DNA from: a virus
Lineage: Duplodnaviria; Caudoviricetes
Strand: one strand, 5' to 3'
IMG/VR virus record: IMGVR_UViG_3300020045_006106
Coordinates: 1-33,590 of that record
DNA length: 33,590 nt
The position numbers and the translations under genes were made by a program. Position 1 is the stretch's first letter, and each line of letters opens with the position of its first letter. Under the pieces are notes generated by a model, which saw nothing but the letters and a program-made list of their open reading frames with translations, ran no database searches and was not told the DNA's origin. Shown in pieces: positions 1-8,714 of this stretch.

Positions 1-1
1 C

Positions 2-379
2 ACGTTTATCGCTGACACCTTGGTTATGCCTTGGCGCAAAATGCAATTGCTCGGCTCAACTCGACTGACCGATACAAACGATACCATTTTGTCTTTCATC
101 ATGAAAAACAATGTGTACACGTTGACTACTGGCCAGCAATTGTTGATTCGTGGCGTTCGCTTGCTTGATGGCGTGAACACCGAAACTTCACCACCTTCTG
201 ACCGTATGATTGCCTACCGTCGTTCGCCTGAAGTGTTGAAGCTGCACATTCCAATGCCTTTGCGCTTCCTTGGTGTTCACCAAGACGGGCCATTGCGCTG
301 GGTTGTTCCGGGTGTATTCCGCCTTGGTGGCTTGGATATTCGCCAACCAAAAGCAGTCTCCTACATTGATGGCATCTAA
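2..379 (+). CDS. Major capsid protein, C-terminal part (DUF2184-like), 5'-truncated by window
   Basis: Frame is open to the window edge; C-terminus 'DRMIAYRRSPEVLKLHIPMPL...RLGGLDIRQPKAVSYIDGI' resembles DUF2184 capsid proteins; lies upstream of neck genes. Confidence 0.85.
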   Translation, partial: TFIADTLVMPWRKMQLLGSTRLTDTNDTILSFIMKNNVYTLTTGQQLLIRGVRLLDGVNTETSPPSDRMIAYRRSPEVLKLHIPMPLRFLGVHQDGPLRWVVPGVFRLGGLDIRQPKAVSYIDGI

Positions 380-382
380 TCG

Positions 383-802
383 GTGACAGTCATGAAATTA
401 ATCAATAAATCAATTCGTGCGCTGGGTGTTCCCGGCGCGCGTGCTTCGATTGTGGTACAGGTTGGTCAATCGGTGACTATTACCGAAAAAGACCTGTCTG
501 CAATCAAGGCTAATTCGATGGCGGCGCGATGGCTTGAGTCTGGCGCGCTTGTCATTGAAGGCAATTCAATTAAAAAAGAGGATGAAAATCCTATTGTTTT
601 GCCTGAGAAAGAAACAGAGTTGCTTATTAAAGATGAATCAAGCAATGAAAACACTAATGACCAGCTTGATAAAGCCATTGTTCGTCATGTTGGTGCTGGC
701 AGGTATAACGCCTTTGTCAGTGATGAGCCGTTAAGCGATAAGCCGCTAGATAAGGCTGAAGCAGAATCATTAGCAGGGGAATACAATGCCTCTAGTAATT
801 GA
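383..802 (+). CDS. Hypothetical head-associated protein
   Basis: 139-aa ORF between capsid and adaptor; start may be ATG 392. Confidence 0.7.
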   Translation: MTVMKLINKSIRALGVPGARASIVVQVGQSVTITEKDLSAIKANSMAARWLESGALVIEGNSIKKEDENPIVLPEKETELLIKDESSNENTNDQLDKAIVRHVGAGRYNAFVSDEPLSDKPLDKAEAESLAGEYNASSN

Positions 803-1322
803 GACGGGAGCTTGCGTTACCGGTGCCGATAGCTGGATAAGCCTTACAGACGCCAATGCGTACTTTACTAATTATGGCGGATTCTGGACTGGCACCGATG
901 CGCAAAAAGAGCAGGCATTACGCCGTGCGGCATTGTGGCTATCAACAGCAATGAACTGGAATAGCAGAAAGGTTTGCGCCAATTCAATGCTGGCGTTTCC
1001 TGCTTACGATATTGTTGATTGTGACGGCAATGCGATTGAGTCTGATGTTATCCCGCAAAACATAATCCTTGCTCAGCTTTCCGCAGCATCATACGAGCTA
1101 AGGTTCCCCGGTGGACTAACCCCAAGCCTTGCTGCTGGAAGGCAGGTGCTGAAGGAAAAAGTTGATGTGATCGAGGTCACTTACATGACTGCAGACCAAC
1201 AGGGTATATCAACCCCTATCGATCCTATCGCAGCACAGCGCACAGTATTAACTCAAGTCAATGACCTAATTCGATGCTTTGCCAGCGTAGGGCGCGCCAC
1301 TCCTTGGCCGTTTGTGGTGTAA
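786..1322 (+). CDS. Head-tail adaptor (DnaT-like phage family)
   Basis: N-terminal 'LVIETG..GADSWISLTDANAYF', 'KEQALRRA', 'KEKVDVIEVTY' motifs; synteny. Confidence 0.8.
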   Translation: MPLVIETGACVTGADSWISLTDANAYFTNYGGFWTGTDAQKEQALRRAALWLSTAMNWNSRKVCANSMLAFPAYDIVDCDGNAIESDVIPQNIILAQLSAASYELRFPGGLTPSLAAGRQVLKEKVDVIEVTYMTADQQGISTPIDPIAAQRTVLTQVNDLIRCFASVGRATPWPFVV

Positions 1323-1325
1323 GTC

Positions 1326-1688
1326 ATGGCGATAGATTATGATAGTCTTCGAATTAATACAGCAGAAAGGCTCCTAAGAGAAAATGGCAAAATAGCGCAG
1401 ATAGTAACTCCCGGCGCAGCAACTGGGCCAAGCTATAACCCGTCCCCTTTGCCGCCCACAAAAGAGCCTGTTTATTTCGTAGAAACTCGCTACAGCATGA
1501 CCGACCGAAACCAGACATTGGTCGAGGTTGGTGATAAAATTGGCTTGGTTAGCACCGAGACCGGAGCAATACCAAAAAAATCAATCAATCAAATTGAAAT
1601 CGACGATGTTTTATATCGGTTTATCGATGTTCAGCCGCTTAATCCCGGTGGTGTCGTGATGCTGTATAAGGTTCATTGTCGCAAGTGA
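1326..1688 (+). CDS. Head-closure / head-tail joining protein
   Basis: 120 aa after the adaptor; ends 'VQPLNPGGVVMLYKVHCRK', as in stopper proteins. Confidence 0.7.
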   Translation: MAIDYDSLRINTAERLLRENGKIAQIVTPGAATGPSYNPSPLPPTKEPVYFVETRYSMTDRNQTLVEVGDKIGLVSTETGAIPKKSINQIEIDDVLYRFIDVQPLNPGGVVMLYKVHCRK

Positions 1689-1695
1689 GGAAAGC

Positions 1696-1935
1696 ATGAG
1701 CAAAGCCGTATCCATTCCAACCCTTCCCACCGTCTCGCTGGTTATGCGCGAGGTCAATGGCGTTGAGCTGATATTCACATCCGATGGCAAATTGCTTGCC
1801 GGTCAAACCGATAGCGGACACGTCTACTATCAGGATATTGATGTTCGCGGCAAGACCGAAAAGAAAAAGTGTTTTAGAGCCACTTTCATCTATGGCCCCA
1901 AAGAATTCCACGGCGGCGAACCATTGGAGGTGTGA
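1696..1935 (+). CDS. Hypothetical protein
   Basis: RBS GAGG before ATG; tightly packed. Confidence 0.6.
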   Translation: MSKAVSIPTLPTVSLVMREVNGVELIFTSDGKLLAGQTDSGHVYYQDIDVRGKTEKKKCFRATFIYGPKEFHGGEPLEV

Positions 1936-1938
1936 CCG

Positions 1939-2136
1939 ATGGACAATGTAACCCATATCCCCTCCAAATTCAGCGAGCTACACGCAGCTGTTGCCAATAT
2001 CCGCAAAGACATTGGCGCAATGATCGAAATGCAGACCTACATTGCACAGATGCGCAGGGCTTCCTTTGATGCTCATATCAAAGAGGGTTTTACGCCAGAG
2101 CAGGCAATAATCCTATGCGCTAAGGTGACGATATGA
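1939..2136 (+). CDS. Hypothetical protein
   Basis: RBS GGAGG; ATGA overlap with next gene. Confidence 0.65.
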   Translation: MDNVTHIPSKFSELHAAVANIRKDIGAMIEMQTYIAQMRRASFDAHIKEGFTPEQAIILCAKVTI

Positions 2137-2411
2137 AAAGCCAAATTATTGTCAAAAAGTATGGCGAAGTCGCTGAAGGTTATTTTAATTCACAGGCTGC
2201 GCTAGAGCGCGTTGGTGATATTTGCGTTTGCGAGATTAAGGGCGTTAGGCTGGAAATATTTGGGGAGCTGAAAAAGTTTACTCAATCGGCAAAATGCGAA
2301 TCGATCAGAAAAGCAAAGGTTGCAATTAAAAAAATGGTTACAATGGCTTTTGATGATTCCGCGTTGGATGCAAATAATTTCACGCCACTAGAATTTACTG
2401 AGATTGGCTAG
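2133..2411 (+). CDS. Hypothetical protein
   Basis: ATGA-coupled to upstream gene; RBS AAGGTG. Confidence 0.6.
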   Translation: MKSQIIVKKYGEVAEGYFNSQAALERVGDICVCEIKGVRLEIFGELKKFTQSAKCESIRKAKVAIKKMVTMAFDDSALDANNFTPLEFTEIG

Positions 2412-2413
2412 CG

Positions 2414-3415
2414 ATGGCCACATCATCCAAAAAGCTCCAGCAATTTCTCGATAGTTTAGAGCCAGAAATCAGGAAGGCATTTCTTGAGGACGTGGCTCTA
2501 ATTCGTTATCGGTCGAATATCAAAGCCCTTGAGGATGCTATCTCATCCTATGACATTGAGGCGATCCTATACGCTTCAGGCATTAGGGAAAGCCAATGGG
2601 CGAACCTTGCCGAGTCATTGCGCGCGACCTATAGCAAGTCTGGTGCCTTTGCGGTATCAACCGATGTGCCAGCTCGATTTGGCATGCGATTTAATATGAC
2701 TAATCCGCGCGTCACATCATGGATAGCCGAGCACAGCTCGCAGTTGGTAGTTGAGATAAACGCTAAGCAGCTAGCCGCAATACAAAACACCGTAGCAGCC
2801 GGTTTGGGCGATGGCAGAAACCCCCGCAGCATTGCCTTAGATATCGCCGGAAGAGTTAGCCAGCAAACGGGCAGGCGCACAGGCGGGATAATTGGCCTAC
2901 ACGATCAGTTTGCTGATTACACCAGCAGCGCGCGCCGTGAATTGGCTTCACTGAATGGCAACTACTTCACCCGCACCCGCAGAGATAAGCGTTTCGACTC
3001 ATTGGTCAGAAAGGCCATGGAGTCGGGCAAGCCGATACCCAAAGAAACAGTTGATAGAATCGTCAACCAGTACGCTGACAGGCTTCTTGCTACCCGCGCC
3101 GAGACAATAGCGCGCACCGAAGCAATGACCGGCATGAACGCCGCCGGTAACGAGGCAATGAGCCAAGTGGTTGATGAAGGTCTGGCTGAGGCTGATGCCA
3201 TCACCGAGGTGTGGGATGCTGCTATGGACTCGAAAACAAGACCAGACCATTTTGCGGCAGACGGGCAATCAATCAAACATGGCGAATTTTTCACAGTTGG
3301 CGGCTATCAAATGCGCTTCCCGGGTGATTCATCAATGGGCGCTGGAGCAGATCAAACGGCAAGATGCCGCTGTATGGTAAGAAAAGAAATCGATTTCAGT
3401 AAAACGGTGCTTTAA
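2414..3415 (+). CDS. Minor head / head morphogenesis protein (SPP1 gp7 / Mu gpF-like)
   Basis: 'RAETIARTE', 'W....DSKTRPDH...DGQ', 'FPGD', 'CRC' C-terminal motifs. Confidence 0.85.
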   Translation: MATSSKKLQQFLDSLEPEIRKAFLEDVALIRYRSNIKALEDAISSYDIEAILYASGIRESQWANLAESLRATYSKSGAFAVSTDVPARFGMRFNMTNPRVTSWIAEHSSQLVVEINAKQLAAIQNTVAAGLGDGRNPRSIALDIAGRVSQQTGRRTGGIIGLHDQFADYTSSARRELASLNGNYFTRTRRDKRFDSLVRKAMESGKPIPKETVDRIVNQYADRLLATRAETIARTEAMTGMNAAGNEAMSQVVDEGLAEADAITEVWDAAMDSKTRPDHFAADGQSIKHGEFFTVGGYQMRFPGDSSMGAGADQTARCRCMVRKEIDFSKTVL

Positions 3416-3840
3416 TGAGCTTCTCCGGTGATGTTGCCGCCCACATCGAGAAATGCCGCAAGCGATTGGCATATACTGCCAAGACAGCTACGCTAGCCGT
3501 GTGTAACGATGCGCGACTAGTTGGCCCAAGCGTTGCCAATCCAGATGCTAACAAGGGCGGGCGGATGCCGGTTGATACAAATAACTTGCGCAACTCTATG
3601 GCGGCGTCAATATCTGGACTTCCATCAGGACAGACTGAAGGCAATGAAAAAAAGACCGGCGATGATGTTGCAGCGATGTTAATCCGCTGGAAGCCTGGTC
3701 AATCGCTATTTTATGCAGGATTTACCGCTAACTACGCTCGCCAAATGGAGTACCGCTACGGATTTATGCGCGGTGCCGTTATGAAGTGGGGCGAGTTAGT
3801 CCGTAAAGCCGCCGAAGAATCAAAGAGGAAAATACCATGA
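3415..3840 (+). CDS. Neck / tail completion protein (HK97 gp10-like)
   Basis: 'PVDTNNLRNS' and 'YARQMEY' motifs; TAATG coupling. Confidence 0.75.
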   Translation: MSFSGDVAAHIEKCRKRLAYTAKTATLAVCNDARLVGPSVANPDANKGGRMPVDTNNLRNSMAASISGLPSGQTEGNEKKTGDDVAAMLIRWKPGQSLFYAGFTANYARQMEYRYGFMRGAVMKWGELVRKAAEESKRKIP

Positions 3841-4424
3841 TCAAAGTTCCCGAAAGTTGCCTCCCGTTGTTGCGCGAGCACCGCACCCATTACACTGGTG
3901 ATTTCGTTGCTGCCTACAATGCTGAATTGCAGGCCACATACGAAGGCATTAAGAACTATCTTCCGAGCGAGGGTGTCATTCTGGACATTGGCGCTGGCAT
4001 GGCCGGTATCGATATCCTGCTAGATCGGCATTACGGTGGTGAGGCAAAGATCACGCTATTGGACAAGCAAGGCAAATCAGAAAAGATCAATGCCGGATTC
4101 CACAAATCTGCAGATACCTTTTCGAACTATCATGACTTTGACTTGGCGATTGAAATGCTTGGCACTAATGGTGTTGAAAATATTCGCACTGTTGATATTG
4201 CTAACGAAAAATTCCCGCGCTCGCCATTTACGGTGGTCATCAGCCTTTTAAGCTGGGGATTCCACTACCCGATCAGCACCTATTCGCCAAGGGTCAAGAA
4301 GGGCGGCATTATCATTGCCGACATTCGCCGCGATACCGATGGAATCAAACAGCTAGCCGAGTATGGCGCCATTACTGTTGTGCATAACGCCAAGAAATAT
4401 CAGCGCGTGGTCGTGCAATGCTAG
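3837..4424 (+). CDS. Class I SAM-dependent methyltransferase-like protein
   Basis: Motif I 'VILDIGAGMAG', acidic end of strand 2 'TLLD', late 'KKGGIII'. Confidence 0.75.
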   Translation: MIKVPESCLPLLREHRTHYTGDFVAAYNAELQATYEGIKNYLPSEGVILDIGAGMAGIDILLDRHYGGEAKITLLDKQGKSEKINAGFHKSADTFSNYHDFDLAIEMLGTNGVENIRTVDIANEKFPRSPFTVVISLLSWGFHYPISTYSPRVKKGGIIIADIRRDTDGIKQLAEYGAITVVHNAKKYQRVVVQC

Positions 4425-5113
4425 TGTTCGTTTGCTTCAAATGGGAGCGAATCAAGACCGGATTTCAATTGCCTGCCGTGTGCAATTACACCGCGCATCA
4501 CGTCAATGTGCTGCGCAACATGCTGGAGCGTCACGTAAAAATACCACACCGGCTGATTTGCGTTACTGATAATCCCGAGTATATCGATCCGAGAATCGAA
4601 ACGGTTGAGCTGTGGGATAAGTGCCGAGATTTGGGTGGGTGCTATAACCGCCTATGGGTATTTAGCGAAGAAGCGCGCGAGCTGTTCGGTGATCGCTTTG
4701 TCTGCATTGATCTTGATTGCGTGATCGTAAACGACTGTACCGATTTATTTACTCGGGAAGATGACTTTATTATCAACTCATACAACCCTTGCGCGCGCAA
4801 CCCAATCGACCAGCATTACAACGGCAGCATGTTTATGGTTACCGCTGGCGCCCGCAGACAGCTGTGGGATGATTTCGACCCTGAGTCATCGCCGGATATA
4901 GTGCAAGCCGACCCAAACACCATAGGCACAGATCAGGCGTGGATTAGACACAAGCTAGGCAAAGGCGAGACAAGATGGGGTAACGCCGATGGAGTCTACG
5001 AGGCGCGCCAGATCAACCACTATTTATTGCCCGATGCCAAGATAATATTTTTCTCTGGTCGCCGTGACCCGAGCGAAAACAAATACCGATGGGTGCAGAG
5101 GCATTGGCTATGA
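4418..5113 (+). CDS. Putative glycosyltransferase (GT-A fold, GT8-like)
   Basis: 'LICVTD', DxD motif 'CIDLDCVI', 'NGSMF', 'TDQAWI', 'IIFFSGRRDP'. Confidence 0.8.
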   Translation: MLVFVCFKWERIKTGFQLPAVCNYTAHHVNVLRNMLERHVKIPHRLICVTDNPEYIDPRIETVELWDKCRDLGGCYNRLWVFSEEARELFGDRFVCIDLDCVIVNDCTDLFTREDDFIINSYNPCARNPIDQHYNGSMFMVTAGARRQLWDDFDPESSPDIVQADPNTIGTDQAWIRHKLGKGETRWGNADGVYEARQINHYLLPDAKIIFFSGRRDPSENKYRWVQRHWL

Positions 5114-5766
5114 TCACGATTGCTTGCGTATTAAAAACCGGTGGATGGAAAAACCGACATATCAACGTCGAGTATCACCCACGCCAAGTGATTTGGCTGC
5201 GTGATCAGGTGGCGCGGCACGTTAAGTGCGATTACCGGTTCGTGTGCTTTTCTGATGTCGAGATTGAAGGTGTAGAGGTGATACCGCTAACCGATAATCT
5301 ACCTGGTTGGTGGAGTAAGCTGGAATTGCTTAAGCGCGATATGGGCAAGGTGTTTTACCTAGACCTAGACACCGTGATCATTGACGACATAACCCACATG
5401 GTTAAATACGATCACAAGTTCTCGGTGTTGCGCAATTTGTCGAGCAAGGCGCCGGGACGAATCGGCTCTGGCATAATGGCGTGGAACGGTGACTATTCGC
5501 ATATCTACCGCAAGTTTATGGAATCGCCAGAAAAGTACATGGCGGAATATACGACTTCAGATCGCTGGGGGGATCAGTCACTAATCCAAGAATTTATGAA
5601 TGGCAAGTTTGAGTTTTTTCAGGATATTTTCCCCGCTCAAATGGGCAGTTATAAGTTTGATTTCGCGCAAGGTAATCCATGGCGCGGAACAAGAATTGTT
5701 ATTTTTCACGGACAACCTAAGCCTTGGGAGACTGCCCACGAATGGGTTCCAAAGTTGCCTTCATAA
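5110..5766 (+). CDS. Putative glycosyltransferase (GT-A fold, GT8-like)
   Basis: 'WWSKLEL', DxD 'YLDLDTVI', 'GDQSLI', 'IFHGQPKPW'; ATG 5110 overlaps upstream TGA. Confidence 0.85.
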   Translation: MITIACVLKTGGWKNRHINVEYHPRQVIWLRDQVARHVKCDYRFVCFSDVEIEGVEVIPLTDNLPGWWSKLELLKRDMGKVFYLDLDTVIIDDITHMVKYDHKFSVLRNLSSKAPGRIGSGIMAWNGDYSHIYRKFMESPEKYMAEYTTSDRWGDQSLIQEFMNGKFEFFQDIFPAQMGSYKFDFAQGNPWRGTRIVIFHGQPKPWETAHEWVPKLPS

Positions 5767-6338
5767 TCGCTACCGGCCCAAGCCTAACGCAATCCGATGT
5801 TGATATGGTGCGCGGCAAAGGTGCGGTTTATGCGGTTAATAACGCCGTGTTCTTGGCGCCTTTCGCTGATGTACATTATGCGTGCGATGAAATTTGGTGG
5901 AAAACTTACTGTCCTGTTAGGCCTGATTGGTTTACTGGGGAGCGGTTGACAATATCGCCATATCATTACCGGTTTGATGCGGTAAAAATACCCTCGGAAT
6001 ACACCGGCACGTTTGGAGATGGATTTGGCCGGTCAGCGGTTCGCACTGGTGGAAATAGTGGATTCCAAGCACTAAACCTTGCCATTATTCGCGGATTCAA
6101 AACTATTTGCCTATTGGGGTTTGATCACCAGCAAACGGACGGAAAGGCGCACTTTCATGGCGATCACCCAAAGGGCATGGGTAACGGCAAAGCCACTGAT
6201 ATATGGATCAGGGCAATGAATAAAGCGGCGGCTAACACATACGGCGCAAAAGTGATAAACTGCACCAGAGAAACCGCATTGACGTGTTTTGACCGTATGC
6301 CATTAGAGGATTTTATTCGTGAATACTGCAATTCTTGA
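5742..6338 (+). CDS. DUF115/Maf/CstII-like Rossmann-fold putative glycosyltransferase
   Basis: 'IIATGPSL', 'AVNN', 'NSGFQALNLA', 'ICLLGFD', 'VINCT' motifs; start taken at ATG 5742 (RBS GGGAG). Confidence 0.65.
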   Translation: MGSKVAFIIATGPSLTQSDVDMVRGKGAVYAVNNAVFLAPFADVHYACDEIWWKTYCPVRPDWFTGERLTISPYHYRFDAVKIPSEYTGTFGDGFGRSAVRTGGNSGFQALNLAIIRGFKTICLLGFDHQQTDGKAHFHGDHPKGMGNGKATDIWIRAMNKAAANTYGAKVINCTRETALTCFDRMPLEDFIREYCNS

Positions 6339-6720
6339 GGCGTTTTTAGAAAAGCTTGAGGAGTTGGGTATTTCACCAGCCTTACCAGTTGCATGGCCGG
6401 GCATTAATTTAGACCCGCCCGATTCTGGAATGTGGCTAGAGGTTTTGTTCTTCCCCAATGAAACGGAAAACGTAGCATGGGGAGCAGATGCGCCAGTCAA
6501 TGCAAAAGGTTTTTTTCAGGTATCAGTTTTTTATCGCCCCGGTATTGGGCAAATTCAGCCATCGGCAATAGCGGATTTAATCATCGCGCATTACCCGAAA
6601 GGGCTAAAGTTTATCGGTGACGTTGGGGTTATCAAAAAGCCTTGGCAGTCGCCAGCAGTAACGGGCAGCGATAGATTGTTTATCCCTGTTTCGATCCCTT
6701 ATAGCGGACTTTTAAAATGA
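6319..6720 (+). CDS. Tail terminator-like protein (DUF4128-like)
   Basis: 'VAWPG..DPP...WLEV', 'GFFQVSVF..PG.G', 'IPVSIPY'; upstream of tail tube. Confidence 0.8.
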   Translation: MNTAILEAFLEKLEELGISPALPVAWPGINLDPPDSGMWLEVLFFPNETENVAWGADAPVNAKGFFQVSVFYRPGIGQIQPSAIADLIIAHYPKGLKFIGDVGVIKKPWQSPAVTGSDRLFIPVSIPYSGLLK

Positions 6721-7253
6721 TTGATTTTTATCAAGACTATATAAAGTCAATTATTGAATATTTCCCTGAAACAGGAGAAATGATATGGAAAAAAAGAACA
6801 AGCGAGCACCATAAATCGCCAAAAGTATTGAATGCGTGGAATTCAAACTTTGCAGGTAAGGTGGTTGGCTCCATTGGGAAAAATGGATATAAAAGCGCAG
6901 CAATAATGAATAAATACAAGGTGCTTGTCCATCATATCGCATGGATATATATGACAGGTGCGTGGCCAGAAAAATATATAGACCATAAAAATGGAGTAAG
7001 AACTGATAACAAATTTGATAATCTTAGACCGGCAAATGAGTCTGAAAACTCATTAAATGCAAAGATAAGATGCGACAATAAAAGCGGACACAAAAATGTT
7101 TTTTGGAATTGTCGAGTTAAAAAGTGGAATGTTAAGTTATCGGTTAACAGAAAACCAATACATATAGGTTATTTTGATGATTTAAGCGCAGCCGCTTTGG
7201 CTGCTGAAAGCGCAAGAGTTACCTATCATAAGGACTTTGCTAGACACAGATAA
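6717..7253 (+). CDS. HNH homing endonuclease with AP2-like C-terminal domain
   Basis: 'YFPETG', 'IDHKNGVRTDNKFDNLR', 'NKSGHKNVFW', 'HIGYFDD..AA.A'; AT-rich relative to flanks. Confidence 0.9.
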   Translation: MIDFYQDYIKSIIEYFPETGEMIWKKRTSEHHKSPKVLNAWNSNFAGKVVGSIGKNGYKSAAIMNKYKVLVHHIAWIYMTGAWPEKYIDHKNGVRTDNKFDNLRPANESENSLNAKIRCDNKSGHKNVFWNCRVKKWNVKLSVNRKPIHIGYFDDLSAAALAAESARVTYHKDFARHR

Positions 7254-7367
7254 TATCTGTCCCCATACGCTGGGTTAATCAAGTAAATCAGTCAATCCCT
7301 GCTTTTTGTGGGGCAAATGGAGCCGGTAATCGGCTAAACACTATTTGTCATTTGACGAGGTATTACT

Positions 7368-7832
7368 ATGAGCGATTGCGGCGCTACAAACTACGCAGCG
7401 AAATTCTACATTTCGACCACTGTTCAAAACTCCAACCTTAACCTTACTGGCTTCCAAGGTCTTACTTGGGAAGAAGTGCCTAACCTTGGCACCTTCGGCG
7501 ATACCGGTGTAACTCAAAATATTGTTTCCTACTCCACTTGGGGTAATAACGTTGTCTGTAAGGGCAAGGGCGAGGCTAACGCTGGCGATCCTGATGCAGA
7601 GTTCTTGGATGTTCCAAGTGCTGGCATGGATTTATTGCGCGCGGCTGCATCCGTGAACAACCAAAACAACTACGCATTCAAACACGAATGGGCTGATGGC
7701 TCGCAAGAGTACAACCGTGGATTGGTAACCGGCCCAACCCTGATGAAAGGCGGCAACGAAGACTTCAAGCGTGTTTCATTCAGCTTCGGTCTTAACCAAG
7801 AGCCAATCACCTCTGCTGCTGTAAGTTCGTAA
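7368..7832 (+). CDS. Major tail tube protein
   Basis: 154 aa, strong RBS GAGGT, 'KGKGEANAGD' and 'YAFK' motifs; precedes chaperones and tape measure. Confidence 0.85.
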   Translation: MSDCGATNYAAKFYISTTVQNSNLNLTGFQGLTWEEVPNLGTFGDTGVTQNIVSYSTWGNNVVCKGKGEANAGDPDAEFLDVPSAGMDLLRAAASVNNQNNYAFKHEWADGSQEYNRGLVTGPTLMKGGNEDFKRVSFSFGLNQEPITSAAVSS

Positions 7833-7899
7833 TTTCGTAACTGTTCCGCCCCGAGGGGTTCGCCCCTCAATCAATTAAATCAATCAAGAGAGTTAAAAT

Positions 7900-8304
7900 A
7901 TGTCAGTTGACCTGTCAAAAATCGTAGCAAGCAATAACGAAGTTGAGTTAAGCATCCCCGGCTTTGGCGGCATTGGTTTTTTTGTAACATTGCGCCATGA
8001 CTCATCACCCGAAGTGCAGAAATTCGTTAAGCAGTACCAAAACAAGGTTATGGAAGATTCGCGCAAAGGCGGAAAGAACAAAACCGCGAACGCTGAATGG
8101 TACAAGCTGGAAAAACCACTTGCCCATATTGCAAGCTGGCGCTGGGCTAACGACCAGTTCAATTTCAATGGCGAACAGCCGCAATATTCCCGAGAAAAAG
8201 CTATCGAAATGCTGAAAGGCGAAGGGGCTTTTTCTTTCTACTTGCGTCAACTGGTCGATGAGTCTGTCGCGGATGACGAAAGTTTTTTAGCCAAATCTGT
8301 GTAA
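7900..8304 (+). CDS. Tail assembly chaperone (gpG-like)
   Basis: Position between tail tube and tape measure; slippery site near 3' end. Confidence 0.8.
   Translation: MSVDLSKIVASNNEVELSIPGFGGIGFFVTLRHDSSPEVQKFVKQYQNKVMEDSRKGGKNKTANAEWYKLEKPLAHIASWRWANDQFNFNGEQPQYSREKAIEMLKGEGAFSFYLRQLVDESVADDESFLAKSV
8283..8289 (+). other. Programmed -1 frameshift slippery site T TTT TTA
   Basis: In-frame X XXY YYZ heptamer; the -1 frame is open from 8283 into ORF 8319..8714. Confidence 0.8.
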
Positions 8305-8318
8305 ATTTATCGGAGGCC

Positions 8319-8714
8319 ATGCGCTACCACGTCAGGTACAAAATGATGTGGGGGCACAAGGTCAGGAAGGGCAGGGGCGACCCTGAAGACGTTACTAGAG
8401 AAGATTACAACGCGGCATTTGGTGTTGAGTCGCCAGAGCAACCAGAAATACCAGAGTGCGCATATCACGCATGGGAAATATGGTGGCGACTCAACGCAAG
8501 GCGCCCAACCGGCGAGAATCAAACGCCAATATCATGGAGCGAAATGCAGTCGTTTTGCGCCATGAGCGGTGTAGTTATTTTGCCTGATGACGTAGCGATG
8601 ATAGAGGCTCTTGATAACTCTTACCTGATAGCAGTTTCCGAAGAAAGGCGCGGGGCATTTGACCGGGCAAGAGAAGAAAAAAAAACCGAAAAACCGAAAA
8701 AGGCTAAACGATGA
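8319..8714 (+). CDS. Tail assembly chaperone C-terminal part (gpT-like; probably expressed as G-T fusion)
   Basis: 'PISWSEM..F...G' and 'IEALDNSYL'; in -1 frame relative to the upstream gene. Confidence 0.75.
   Translation: MRYHVRYKMMWGHKVRKGRGDPEDVTREDYNAAFGVESPEQPEIPECAYHAWEIWWRLNARRPTGENQTPISWSEMQSFCAMSGVVILPDDVAMIEALDNSYLIAVSEERRGAFDRAREEKKTEKPKKAKR

Noticed and set aside
3837-4424. DNA methyltransferase interpretation
   Set aside because: No DPPY/NPPY or PCQ catalytic motif; context is a glycosyltransferase cluster in the late operon
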